Positions 9,725 to 19,498 of a stretch of DNA of 64,000 nucleotides are shown here, piece by piece. The DNA is from Bdellovibrionales bacterium (GTDB lineage: Bacteria; Bdellovibrionota; Bdellovibrionia; Bdellovibrionales; JAUICD01): NCBI GenBank assembly GCA_965262715.1, contig OZ253553.1:64001-128000 (forward strand), given 5' to 3'. Under the pieces are notes generated by a model, which made no database searches, was not told the origin of the DNA, and saw nothing but the letters and a program-made list of their open reading frames with translations. A program made the translations under genes and the position numbers. Within the stretch, counting starts at the first letter, position 1, and each line of letters begins with the position of its first letter.

Positions 9725-12700
9725 TTATTTTGGTTTGTTACATCTTACCGTTTCACCGCCATTGAAACCTACACATTGCCATATATAAAATAGGCGACCT
9801 GATGGAAGTTCCTTTGCCGTGCCAACAGAGCAACCATTCCTTCGAGTCTGATCACAAACACCATCGATAGGTTTTGGTTTTTTGCAACGTGTAGCAGTAG
9901 CGCCGCCATTTGCACCTACACAGTGCCATGTATAATGTGTATTTGTATCTGCTATAGCACCGTCGTTTGCAGTGCCGGAAGAGCAGCCATTTCTTCGATT
10001 ATTATTACAAACACCGTTTACTGGTACAGGTTTTGCTCTGGTACAATGTAATGTATTTTTACCTCCATGCAAACCTTCACAAGTCCATAGATAAAGGGTG
10101 GAATGTGTATTATCTGGCAATGCCTTTGCAGTCCCAGCAGAGCAACCATTTCTTTGACTCGTATCACAAACGCCATCGATAGGTATCAGCTTTTGACAAT
10201 CTGTAGCAGTAGCGCCGCCATTTGCACCTACACAGTGCCATGTATAATGTGTATTTGTATCGTCTATAGCACCGTCGTTTGCAGTGCCGGAAGAGCAGCC
10301 ATTTTGTTGACTGTTATCACAAACACCGTTAACAGGTCTTGCCTTTTGACAATTTTGCGCTGTAGTGCCGCCATTTGAACCTTCACAGTGCCATGTATAA
10401 TGTGTATTTGTATCGGCTATTACGGCGTCGTTTGCTCTGCCAGCAGAGCAGCCATTTCGCTGACTGTTATTACAAACACCGTTTACTGGTGCAGGTTTTG
10501 CTTTTTGACAATTTTGTGCTGTAGTGCCGCCGTTTGCACCTACGCAGTGCCATGTATAATGTGTATTTGTATCGGCTATTACGGCGTCGTTTGCTCTGCC
10601 AGCAGAGCAGCCATTTCGCTGACTGTTATTACAAACACCGTTTACTGGTGCAGGTTTTGCTTTTTGACAATTTTGTGCTGTAGTGCCGCCATTTGCACCT
10701 ACGCAGTACCATCTATAATGTGTATTTGTATCTGCTATTGCGCTGTCGTTTGCAGTGCCGGAAGAGCAGCCATTTTGTTGGTTGTTATCACAAGCACCGT
10801 TAATAGATTTTGCCTTTTGACAATTTTGTGCTGTAGTGCCGCCGTTTGCACCTACGCAGTACCATCTATAATGTGTATTTGTATCTGCAATAGCGTTGTC
10901 ATTAGCAGTACCAGCAGAGCAGCCATTTTGTTGGTTGTTATCACAAGCACCGTTAATAGATTTTGCCTTTTGACAATTTTGTGCTGTAGTGCCGCCATTT
11001 GCACCTACGCAGTGCCATGTATAATGTGTATTTGTATCGGCTATTGCGCCATCGTTTGCAGTGCCGGAAGAACAACCATTTTGTTGACTGTTATTACAAA
11101 CGCCGTTGACTGGTGCAGGTTTCTCTTTTTGACAATTTGTAGCAGTAGTGCCGCCATTTGTACCTACACAGTGCCATGTATAATGTGTATTTGTATCTGC
11201 TATAGCTGAGTCATTTGCTGTGCCGGAAGAACAACCATTTTGTTGACTATTATTACAAACGCCATTGACAGGAGGGATAGTTTTTGTACAACTTGCTGTT
11301 GCACCACCATTTGAGCCAACACAATGCCATGTATAATGTGTATTTGTATCGGCTATAGCTGAGTCATTTGCTGTGCCCGAAGAACAACCATTTTGTTGAC
11401 TGTTATTACAAACGCCATTGACAGGAGGGATAGCTTTTGTACAACTTGCTGTTGCACCACCATTTGAGCCAACACAATGCCATGTATAATGAGTACTTGT
11501 ATCAGCTATTGCGCCGTCGTCTGGAGTCCCAGCAGTACAACCATTTCTGATGGTGTCATCGCCGCAAACACCATTTATTGGTGCTGCTGTATCAATGGCC
11601 ATACTGCAGCAACCTGTAGCATCAGTGCCATCGTTGGTACCTAAACACTGCCACTGATAATGAGTTTCTGAATCATCTATGTCATTTAAAGTACCTTGAA
11701 TACAACCATTCTTGACGGAGTTATTACATTCTCCATTTACGATTGAAGATGGATTACGTGTAACAGCTTGGCCTAATATAGAATTTTCACAGGTCTGATA
11801 ACTTAATGGGCCAGGTAAAGGTCCGGAAAAATAACAATAGCTGCCTTCTGATGGACAGTAATTATAATAAAACTGTTCAACTATATCATCTACCGAAGTT
11901 TGACTATCTATAGTGGTAGATGCTTGTATTGCTATAGTACTTTTTACACAGACTTCAGTTGAAGTGATGTCTATTACACCATCACTGCAATTTAGTACCT
12001 GCTCACTGCCACTATCAATTTGAAGTTCACATTGATTAGCATTTTGAATATTTGTATGTAATGTCCAAGTTCCACCTTCAGGTCTTAAATACTTATAAAT
12101 GTTATTACTTTCTAACATCACAGCAATTTCTTCATCATTATGTTTAATAGTTATTGGATTAAAATGAGGTTTAGAATTAGAGCTCACTTGCAAAACTTGT
12201 TTTCGATAGGTGAGGCAATCAGAATTGTCAGGATCTTCTGCAGACACCTCAATAGTAACAGAACCAGTAGATTCATCGGTAAAGTCTAATTCAATACTTT
12301 CACTATCATCTTCGTTTGTCTCCTCAGTTGAAGAAGGTAATGTGACTTTCCATATAATGTTCGAAAAATCTGTAGCATTCTTTAATTCAAAAGTGGCAGT
12401 CTGTCCAACAGTCAAAGAACCGCTTTCAAGAAATATCTCTAAGACATCTGTTAATGAACATTCCTCACCAATCACAAGTTTTTTACTGGCCACAGTTAAC
12501 AAATCGGAGTTTTTATAAGATGTAGCAAAAATATCATAACTTCCAGATTTTTTAAATTGATATTGATATTCTGGTTCAGTTGTTGTCTCTTCTCCATCAG
12601 TAACAATTTCAAAGGCTCTAGTGATTTTCCATTTAAAATCTTCAGAATCAGAATGACTATTCATAACCTTTAGTTTCACATCACTATCAATTAGGAAATA

Positions 12701-12949
12701 ATCTTCTATCGAGATGCTTTCATCTTCTGATGGTAAATAAGCAATAATATAACCTTTATCATTAGATACCGTTTGTTCAGAAAACAAGTTAGGAGCTTGA
12801 CTTACATTTGAACCGCAGTTTTGAAAAGCTAATAACAATAAAAGTGAAGCCAATAGAAGTAGATAAAAGGCATTATTAAAACTTAACAAAAAATGCTTTT
12901 TTATGTTTCGTTTTTTTATAACCCTAAAGAATTTCATTATTCTTGTCAT
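9725..12949 (-). CDS. Cys-rich repeat lipoprotein, copy 2 (1074 aa)
   Basis: AFQNC lipobox; beta-rich N-domain of ~400 aa; about 13 repeats of ~50-54 aa (NGVC..NGC..G....YTWHCVG.NGG....C). Confidence 0.9.
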   Translation of the reverse strand: MTRIMKFFRVIKKRNIKKHFLLSFNNAFYLLLLASLLLLLAFQNCGSNVSQAPNLFSEQTVSNDKGYIIAYLPSEDESISIEDYFLIDSDVKLKVMNSHSDSEDFKWKITRAFEIVTDGEETTTEPEYQYQFKKSGSYDIFATSYKNSDLLTVASKKLVIGEECSLTDVLEIFLESGSLTVGQTATFELKNATDFSNIIWKVTLPSSTEETNEDDSESIELDFTDESTGSVTIEVSAEDPDNSDCLTYRKQVLQVSSNSKPHFNPITIKHNDEEIAVMLESNNIYKYLRPEGGTWTLHTNIQNANQCELQIDSGSEQVLNCSDGVIDITSTEVCVKSTIAIQASTTIDSQTSVDDIVEQFYYNYCPSEGSYCYFSGPLPGPLSYQTCENSILGQAVTRNPSSIVNGECNNSVKNGCIQGTLNDIDDSETHYQWQCLGTNDGTDATGCCSMAIDTAAPINGVCGDDTIRNGCTAGTPDDGAIADTSTHYTWHCVGSNGGATASCTKAIPPVNGVCNNSQQNGCSSGTANDSAIADTNTHYTWHCVGSNGGATASCTKTIPPVNGVCNNSQQNGCSSGTANDSAIADTNTHYTWHCVGTNGGTTATNCQKEKPAPVNGVCNNSQQNGCSSGTANDGAIADTNTHYTWHCVGANGGTTAQNCQKAKSINGACDNNQQNGCSAGTANDNAIADTNTHYRWYCVGANGGTTAQNCQKAKSINGACDNNQQNGCSSGTANDSAIADTNTHYRWYCVGANGGTTAQNCQKAKPAPVNGVCNNSQRNGCSAGRANDAVIADTNTHYTWHCVGANGGTTAQNCQKAKPAPVNGVCNNSQRNGCSAGRANDAVIADTNTHYTWHCEGSNGGTTAQNCQKARPVNGVCDNSQQNGCSSGTANDGAIDDTNTHYTWHCVGANGGATATDCQKLIPIDGVCDTSQRNGCSAGTAKALPDNTHSTLYLWTCEGLHGGKNTLHCTRAKPVPVNGVCNNNRRNGCSSGTANDGAIADTNTHYTWHCVGANGGATATRCKKPKPIDGVCDQTRRNGCSVGTAKELPSGRLFYIWQCVGFNGGETVRCNKPK

Positions 12950-13103
12950 TGCTCTATACTTTCATCATCGTTGTATTACGAACCTTCTTTTATGTGCTAT
13001 GTGGTGCTAGTTGTCTAAAAACTTGAAAGGTAAAATGAATAAAAATATCAAAAATGTAAATCTTTAAAACCAAGCCAAAAGACTGGGTTTTTAGCCTGCC
13101 TAG

Positions 13104-13281
13104 ACTGTAACTTACGTACATAAGTTACAGTATTAAGTTATTGAAATAACTACCGATACAGGTATTGAAGGGCTTTAATTGCTAATAGTCTTTGGTGTAG
13201 AAAACGACCAAAAACATCAATGATTTTAAGGGGACAGGACTGTAACTTATGTACGTAAGTTACACTATCAAGTTATTGATT
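13104..13281. promoter_or_regulatory. Paired palindromes plus IHF-like site, copy 2
   Basis: Sites at 13104-13131 and 13239-13266. Confidence 0.6.
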
Positions 13282-13350
13282 TCATTGAGTTATTCGAAGT
13301 TTCTATCTTTTTTCGATATGGCATTAAGGTCATGAAAAAGTCCAGGACCG

Positions 13351-13897
13351 TTGCAAATTGATACAATATGTGCTTCTATGTGCCTTTTTTAAAAATAACT
13401 CCTTATATTTCCATTTTAGTGAGTTTTAAAGATTTCCTTAACATGATGTAAGAGAATGAAGGGAGTCTCCTTACTAAAGAATAAACATGCTTTTGAGGTA
13501 GTCAGTTTTTTATTGAAGGTGTGAACCTTCAAGCTGACTACCCAAAAGTGGTCAGAGACCAGTTTATTTTTAGTGAAACAATTGCAAATTGATACAATAT
13601 GTGCTTCTATGTGCCTTTCTTAAAAAAAACTTCTTATATTTCCATTTTAGTGAGTTTTAAAGATTTCCTTAACATGATGTAAGAGAATGAAGGGAGTCTC
13701 CTTACTAAAAATAAACAAGTTTTTGAGGCAATCAGCATTTTGCTGACAGGGATACATCCCGTAGTGTTAACTGTCACGCTGATTGCCCAAAAATAGCCAG
13801 AGGCTAGTTCATTTTTAGTGAAACAATTGCAAATTGATACAATATGTGCTTCTATATGCCTTTTTTGAAAATAACTCCTTATATTTCCATTTTAGTA
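13351..13897 (+). repeat. Tandem array 2 (231-bp unit, 245-bp variant-B unit, partial unit)
   Basis: Units start at 13351, 13582, 13827. Confidence 0.92.
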
Positions 13898-14469
13898 AGA
13901 AAAAACACAAGAAAAAGATTTCCCTATTACCATTTGCGTTCAATTCTTCCATTTGAAAACTGTAACTAAAGCTTATGGGTTTAGATAACTTGAAATTTGC
14001 CAAATACCCAAATGTTGTTTTCTTTAATCTTTAACTCTAAACAGTCTTGTTGCACAAAGATTTAGGGAATATGTCTATACAAGTTAGAGAATTATGTCAG
14101 GCATCTTCCATAGGCCTTAGGCAACTCCCGTGCCTTTTATTGCTAGTATTTTGAGATTTTATTATAGAATAAAATCCTTTAAGAGATATTTATTCCCTAA
14201 GGCACTGGCCTAGTCCTATTTCAGAAACCTGCCATAATTCTCCTAGATGTTTATGTAATAAACTTTTTTATTGGTTTAATATATCTATTATTTTTTAACT
14301 TCTTTAGAAGGCTTTCTTCTGCAAGTTGATAAATATCAAGCAGGAAACTAAGTCTTCTAAAAATAACTCCCATATTAACTTTAAATGCATATTTAGCTAG
14401 TTTGTTTATGTTAATTTTACTTCTCCCTATCCATAACCCTTTTGCAACCTCAGTGATCCCTCCACAATA

Positions 14470-14790
14470 TTGAGGGAGCTTAAGACCATCGATAATTGTC
14501 TTTTCAATATCACTTACAAATATTATTTCAGACGTTTCAATCCAGTGTTTTTCAACCCCAAAATAATGTGGCCATTATTACTAGATTTTGTCATTCCTAT
14601 TGCTATACAAAGTTTTAGTAAGTTTATGGAAGATAATTCAGATGAATATCTACGAGAATATATAGAAGATCTTGAATATAGAATTCAAACACTTGAGAAA
14701 AAAGTTAGAGCATTACAGATATGTTTTTTGATAGCAGGCCTATTAATAGGTATAGGATATATTGTTTTTTCAAGCCTACATTTCTTTTAG
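14470..14790 (+). CDS. Small coiled-coil membrane protein (true start may be MWPLL)
   Basis: YIEDLEYRIQTLEKKVR heptads, C-terminal hydrophobic helix. Confidence 0.45.
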   Translation: MRELKTIDNCLFNITYKYYFRRFNPVFFNPKIMWPLLLDFVIPIAIQSFSKFMEDNSDEYLREYIEDLEYRIQTLEKKVRALQICFLIAGLLIGIGYIVFSSLHFF

Positions 14791-15193
14791 TCCTTTTAAG
14801 AAAGAAAGAAGGTAACTTAGATAAAGCGAGTTTTTAAGGCTTATTGTAAAAAAGGTCATTTAACCATAAGATACGACAAGAAGTTTTCAAAAACATTATA
14901 CTGCCTTTTTTATTTTTTTAGCAGTTGTACCCTTTTGCGCTCACAAACTTTTCAATTTAAGCCTAAAGATATGAAGTATAACTTGGTGATAGGCTCATTT
15001 TGACACAAAGAGACACAGCAAGTAACCTTTCTGTAAAATTGGTAAGCTGCATTTAAATCTAGAGTTAATATTTTGCCTAAAAAGAACCAGTTCTTATTTT
15101 TTAAACAATCTTTATTATTTTGCAGATTAACTTGACAGTTTGAAATAATCCATATTAAAAGGTATAAATTTCTTTTCTCCTTGTATTATATGC

Positions 15194-16520
15194 TGTAACT
15201 TCAAATCGCAAGTGCAACACTTTTGCGGTTATAGATATTTTTAAAAGTTATATCATTTTAAGATTAATATTCCAACAAAGTTTTAATTATAGTGAAAGAT
15301 TACAGTAAATTATTTTATTTGAAGAGATATACTTTGATGTTTATAGTAAAGGCAAGTAGTCCTCGAGCTAAAGCTCTGCGGAAAAACTTGCCTTTACTAT
15401 AAACATCAATTTTTACTTACAAAAAGCTGTTATATAGGATAAGTAATTTTGAATTGATAATGATTTCAACAAATCATCTTCTGTCTATGAAACTCATTGG
15501 GAGTTAGAAAACCTAAACTCTTTCGAGGGCGGTGATTTAAAAGAAACTCAACCTTTTTTACATCCTTAGAGGTGATTTCTCTAAAGTCTGTCTTCTTTGG
15601 AAAATACTGACGGATTAAACCATTCGTGTTCTCATTTAAACCCCTCTGATATGAACTGTAAGGATGTGCAAAATAAACTTTACATCCGGTATATTCACTG
15701 ATCTTCTCATGACACGAAAACTCTTTACCATTATCCAAAGTCATTGTATGAACAACCTCTCTTTTAAGAGTTTTAGAAATAGCATGAAATACTGCCTCAG
15801 AACTCTTAGATTCTATTTTGACAATCCTCGTCTTCTTAGAACATCTATCTACCAGTGTGACTAAAGCTCCTTTATGATGTCTACCTATCATTAAATCACC
15901 TTCCCAGTCTCCTATGCGAATCCTCTTATCTACTATCTTAGGTCTTTTATCAATACTCACTCTATTCTGTATCTGACCCCTTTTATCAAACCTACTTGTA
16001 CCATATCGCTTCTTGCGTTTCTTCTGACATCTTAAAAATTTGTAGAGATCACCTCCTGATTTCTTATCTCGCAGAATATGTTGATAAATACTCTCATGAC
16101 TTATAGAAAAACCTTTTGTTTTAAGAAAACCGGATATTTGTTCCGGACTCCAACGTTCACAAAGAAACCTCTCAAGCTTATTAATGACTTTTTGTGTTAT
16201 CTTTATATGTCTATGAGAGTCTTGAAGACGATCGACTGCTTTTTCATGGGCTTGTTGAGCACGATAACCTCGCAAACCTTTGTTACGACTCAGCTCCCTA
16301 TATATCGTGCTTTTATCTCGACCTAGCTGCGTAGCAATTGAACTTATTGATTTTCCACTTTGCAAAAGTGCTAAAATCTGGTATCTGTCACTTTGGGTTA
16401 GATGAGTGTATTTACTCATGGAATACTCCTCTCGTTATGTAAAGGTATTGATTAGAGTATTCCTCTAACCCCCTTTAAACAACTAGGCAAGGAGTGTTGC
16501 ACTTACGACTTGAATCCACC
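15194..16520 (-). mobile_element. IS30-family insertion sequence
   Basis: Imperfect terminal IRs sharing ttcaa.tcg.aagtgcaacac; tgc duplicated at 15191-15193 and 16521-16523. Confidence 0.9.
15466..16419 (-). CDS. IS30-family transposase
   Basis: N-terminal HTH, GDWEGD, DNGKEF, NENTNGLIRQYFPK. Confidence 0.95.
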   Translation of the reverse strand: MSKYTHLTQSDRYQILALLQSGKSISSIATQLGRDKSTIYRELSRNKGLRGYRAQQAHEKAVDRLQDSHRHIKITQKVINKLERFLCERWSPEQISGFLKTKGFSISHESIYQHILRDKKSGGDLYKFLRCQKKRKKRYGTSRFDKRGQIQNRVSIDKRPKIVDKRIRIGDWEGDLMIGRHHKGALVTLVDRCSKKTRIVKIESKSSEAVFHAISKTLKREVVHTMTLDNGKEFSCHEKISEYTGCKVYFAHPYSSYQRGLNENTNGLIRQYFPKKTDFREITSKDVKKVEFLLNHRPRKSLGFLTPNEFHRQKMIC

Positions 16521-16621
16521 TGCTTTATTATGATACTCATTTACTACTTAGTTAATTTAGTTAATAATGGGCTATCATTTAATTTATACCGATAATAAAC
16601 ATAGGGGAACTTGAGACTTAT

Positions 16622-17311
16622 ATGAAAAAAATAAAATTGGAAAAAACTTCAATAGTTTTATTAACACAAGGTTACGTATCACCTGTAACTCATGATTTTT
16701 TAATTACTCAAAAGATAATTCCTAGTCAAGATTCAGGGTTTCAACTAATTCCAAATATTTCTTTTTTTGCTCCTCCTATAAGTCAGATGATTTTTCAAAA
16801 TGGACTTAGCATCATTAATGATCCAGAAAAAATAATATTCCAAGTATCAAAAGGTTCTGTTACAGAAAATGAACAAGAACATTGCTTAAGTTTATTACAG
16901 GATATATCTTCAAAATATGTTGAGTCTGAACCTTTTAAAAGTGCAAGATATCTAGCTATAGGAATTAATCTTCATTTTATAAGAGATGATTTAATCTTTA
17001 ACCCTTTTATTGAAAAGTCTATAACATCAGATAGTCCATGTTGGTTTTTTGAATCTCAAGGTAGTAAAGGTAAAGTCAATGATATCAAATTCTCTTACTT
17101 TTATGATAACAAGCAAGTCAATGTAACTATTAGCAAGCTCCCTTTCGTTACTCATCCTCAAAATAAAAGTAATGATCAAAATTCTGTTTCACGCTTTGAT
17201 GTAAATGTACATTATAATCAACCCAATAATCATACTAATATAAATAAAATCATCAAAGAAATTAGAGAAGACTACCAAAAATCAAAACACTTCATAGGAG
17301 GTCTTAAATGA
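16622..17311 (+). CDS. Hypothetical protein, TIGR04255-like
   Basis: AIGINLHF and RFDVNVH motifs; first of three overlapping genes. Confidence 0.5.
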   Translation: MKKIKLEKTSIVLLTQGYVSPVTHDFLITQKIIPSQDSGFQLIPNISFFAPPISQMIFQNGLSIINDPEKIIFQVSKGSVTENEQEHCLSLLQDISSKYVESEPFKSARYLAIGINLHFIRDDLIFNPFIEKSITSDSPCWFFESQGSKGKVNDIKFSYFYDNKQVNVTISKLPFVTHPQNKSNDQNSVSRFDVNVHYNQPNNHTNINKIIKEIREDYQKSKHFIGGLK

Positions 17312-18012
17312 AATCTACTTTTAATGAGAATTTATTTCATTTGTTTCACAGGCAAAACTCTTTCACTGAAACCCCATCCTTAATCAATGACCAAGTAACA
17401 AACGATATTAGTAAAACAACTGCACCTTTTCCAACTCCTTATAAAACACTGATTTCCATTTTGTCAACAGGGCCTTATAAAACTCTTTTAGATAAAGAAA
17501 ATAAACTTACTTCCTTTATTGATAGTAATTTGTCTAGATACTTTTTGGATAAGAAAAAATTCGACAATCTTTATAAAGACTTAGATAACTTACATAAAGA
17601 ATGTGAAGAAGAAGGGTATGAAGTATTTAATGAAATAGCAAGAGCAAATGCTAAGAAAGTTTTAGACTTTTTATTTAAAGAAATCCCTGCTTTTGATTAT
17701 TATATTTATTCTACAGCGGATCGTGAAATTGCCATTGATTACACTCAAGATGAAGGTTCAGGAAAAGGACTATTGATACTGTGTGCTTCTGATGGAACAA
17801 TAACTTACTTTAAAACCTACAATGGGACAAATACTAGTACCTGTCTTAAAAGTATTGATAACATCATTAATTTTTGTGAAAAATTAAAAGAAGCTTTCAA
17901 ACAATTTGAAATTAAAAACCCTTATATTACTACTGACTTCGAAGAAGACAAGAAGGGTATTAAAAGCGTTTGGATTAATCTTAATAATCTCATAAGTCAA
18001 AGTAAAATTTGA
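17308..18012 (+). CDS. Hypothetical protein (possible antitoxin)
   Basis: ATGA overlap with the upstream gene; IYSTADREIAIDY motif. Confidence 0.55.
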   Translation: MKSTFNENLFHLFHRQNSFTETPSLINDQVTNDISKTTAPFPTPYKTLISILSTGPYKTLLDKENKLTSFIDSNLSRYFLDKKKFDNLYKDLDNLHKECEEEGYEVFNEIARANAKKVLDFLFKEIPAFDYYIYSTADREIAIDYTQDEGSGKGLLILCASDGTITYFKTYNGTNTSTCLKSIDNIINFCEKLKEAFKQFEIKNPYITTDFEEDKKGIKSVWINLNNLISQSKI

Positions 18013-18461
18013 TAATGAGACTTTGCATGCCTACTGAATATATTGAGAATGATGAGCTACTTGGTAGGGGAGTTTTTTCAGAAAGACGTGCTAAATTAGC
18101 TGAGAAAGGAAAACTGACATTTGATAGATTTAAAGAAAAGCACCCATCTATTCCTATTTCAGTAGATCGCTTTGGTTTTTGCTCAGATAAAGATTTGACC
18201 AACATTCAAGACAAAGCAGCAAAATTAAGAAAAGGAAATAACGGAAAAACACAATTTTTTTATGGATGGTTTCAAATGAAAGCAGAAAACATTCGAAAAA
18301 AGGGTAGAGAAGTTAAACCTGACAAAACTGAAGACAATCCTTACCATGCTGAAATCTCTTTACCTGAAAATATAAAAAATAATGAATGGATAAAACACGC
18401 AAAAGAGCTTGCATCCTATTCTAAATGGCGTTCTAGAAAAAATAATATTGAAAATACATGA
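18009..18461 (+). CDS. Hypothetical protein, possible ADP-ribosyltransferase-like toxin
   Basis: LLGRG / ISVDR / NPYHAEI spacing recalls R-S-H ART-fold toxins. Confidence 0.45.
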   Translation: MIMRLCMPTEYIENDELLGRGVFSERRAKLAEKGKLTFDRFKEKHPSIPISVDRFGFCSDKDLTNIQDKAAKLRKGNNGKTQFFYGWFQMKAENIRKKGREVKPDKTEDNPYHAEISLPENIKNNEWIKHAKELASYSKWRSRKNNIENT

Positions 18462-18909
18462 TATATATAATAATGTACCTTAAAAAACCTTTGTCAAATT
18501 AATAAGTTTTAACCTAAAACTCAATATTTTCTAAATATCATTTTAATTGAACTATTGTTAATAGTACATAGACAATAAAACTTAAAGGAAATAAAAATCT
18601 ATATGAAAGAAAAAAGATTTGATAAATCTTATAAAACTTTAGAGCATTTACATAAAAAAGACACGAAATATTTGACAAAATAGCAAGACAAATGTCAATC
18701 ATAAATAATCTAAGAGCAATCAAATAATTATTGATTCCTTCTAGTATCACAAGTATAATTTAAAAAAGGTTATCTTATTTTAAAAAACCAATATTAAGGT
18801 TCAAGTTTGTATAAATAGTTCTATGTTCATAAGTATCTTAGACCTTATATCCGACAACATAAGAAACAAAAATATTATAGACTCATATATAGCATAGGTG
18901 TCTATATCC

Positions 18910-19330
18910 TAAATCATCAGAAAGGTAGCTTTGTACTAGTCAGTTTTCTAGAAAGTTGTTCTGATGATGAAAATCCTTTTTTGATCCTCTCAGTGGTTAT
19001 CTTCTCAACATCAAATAAAAACTCTTTGGCAAAATAACCCGACTCTAATAGTAATGATATATTTATAATCAATTTAATGAGTGTCTCCACTTTTCCTCCT
19101 TTTGCAAAAATTATAGTTTATAAATATCCTTTATGATTTTGTACCTTCTTAAAGCTCTTAAAATAGAGCTTTTTGAACATAAAAATTGAGTTAGCTTTTC
19201 AATATCACGAGTGGAAAGCTTGAGATCAACATAAAGTTTTAAGTAAAATTTTAGGATTTATTTCTGGAGTGTTAAGAAGATGTGTAATAAATAAAGATAC
19301 ATAACTAGAACTATCGGAGGAAATGCCTAT
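18910..19330 (-). pseudogene. Remnants R2 (...EQLSRKLTSTKLPF) and R1
   Basis: Collinear with 26870-27341. Confidence 0.55.
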
Positions 19331-19498
19331 AAACAAGGCTATTGCAATATAAGTTTTAGTTTTCGACAACCTGTAGCCGTAGTGCCGCCATTTGAACCTA
19401 CACAATGCCATCTGTAATGTGTATTTGTATCGGCATAGCTGCATCATTTGCTCTGCCAGCAGAGCAACCGTTTTGTTGACTCTCATCACAAACACCGT

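Noticed and set aside
9967..11209. Cys-rich plus-strand ORFs (also 621, 12210, 19775-20611, 21369)
   Set aside because: Antisense shadows of the lipoprotein genes
9590..12949. Diversity-generating retroelement TR/VR or retron
   Set aside because: No reverse transcriptase in the window; repeat differences are not adenine-specific
13815..14003. 62-aa ORF overlapping the array end (and 24445-24630)
   Set aside because: TTG start, no recognisable motif; conservation is explained by the cassette duplication, though a small peptide cannot be excluded
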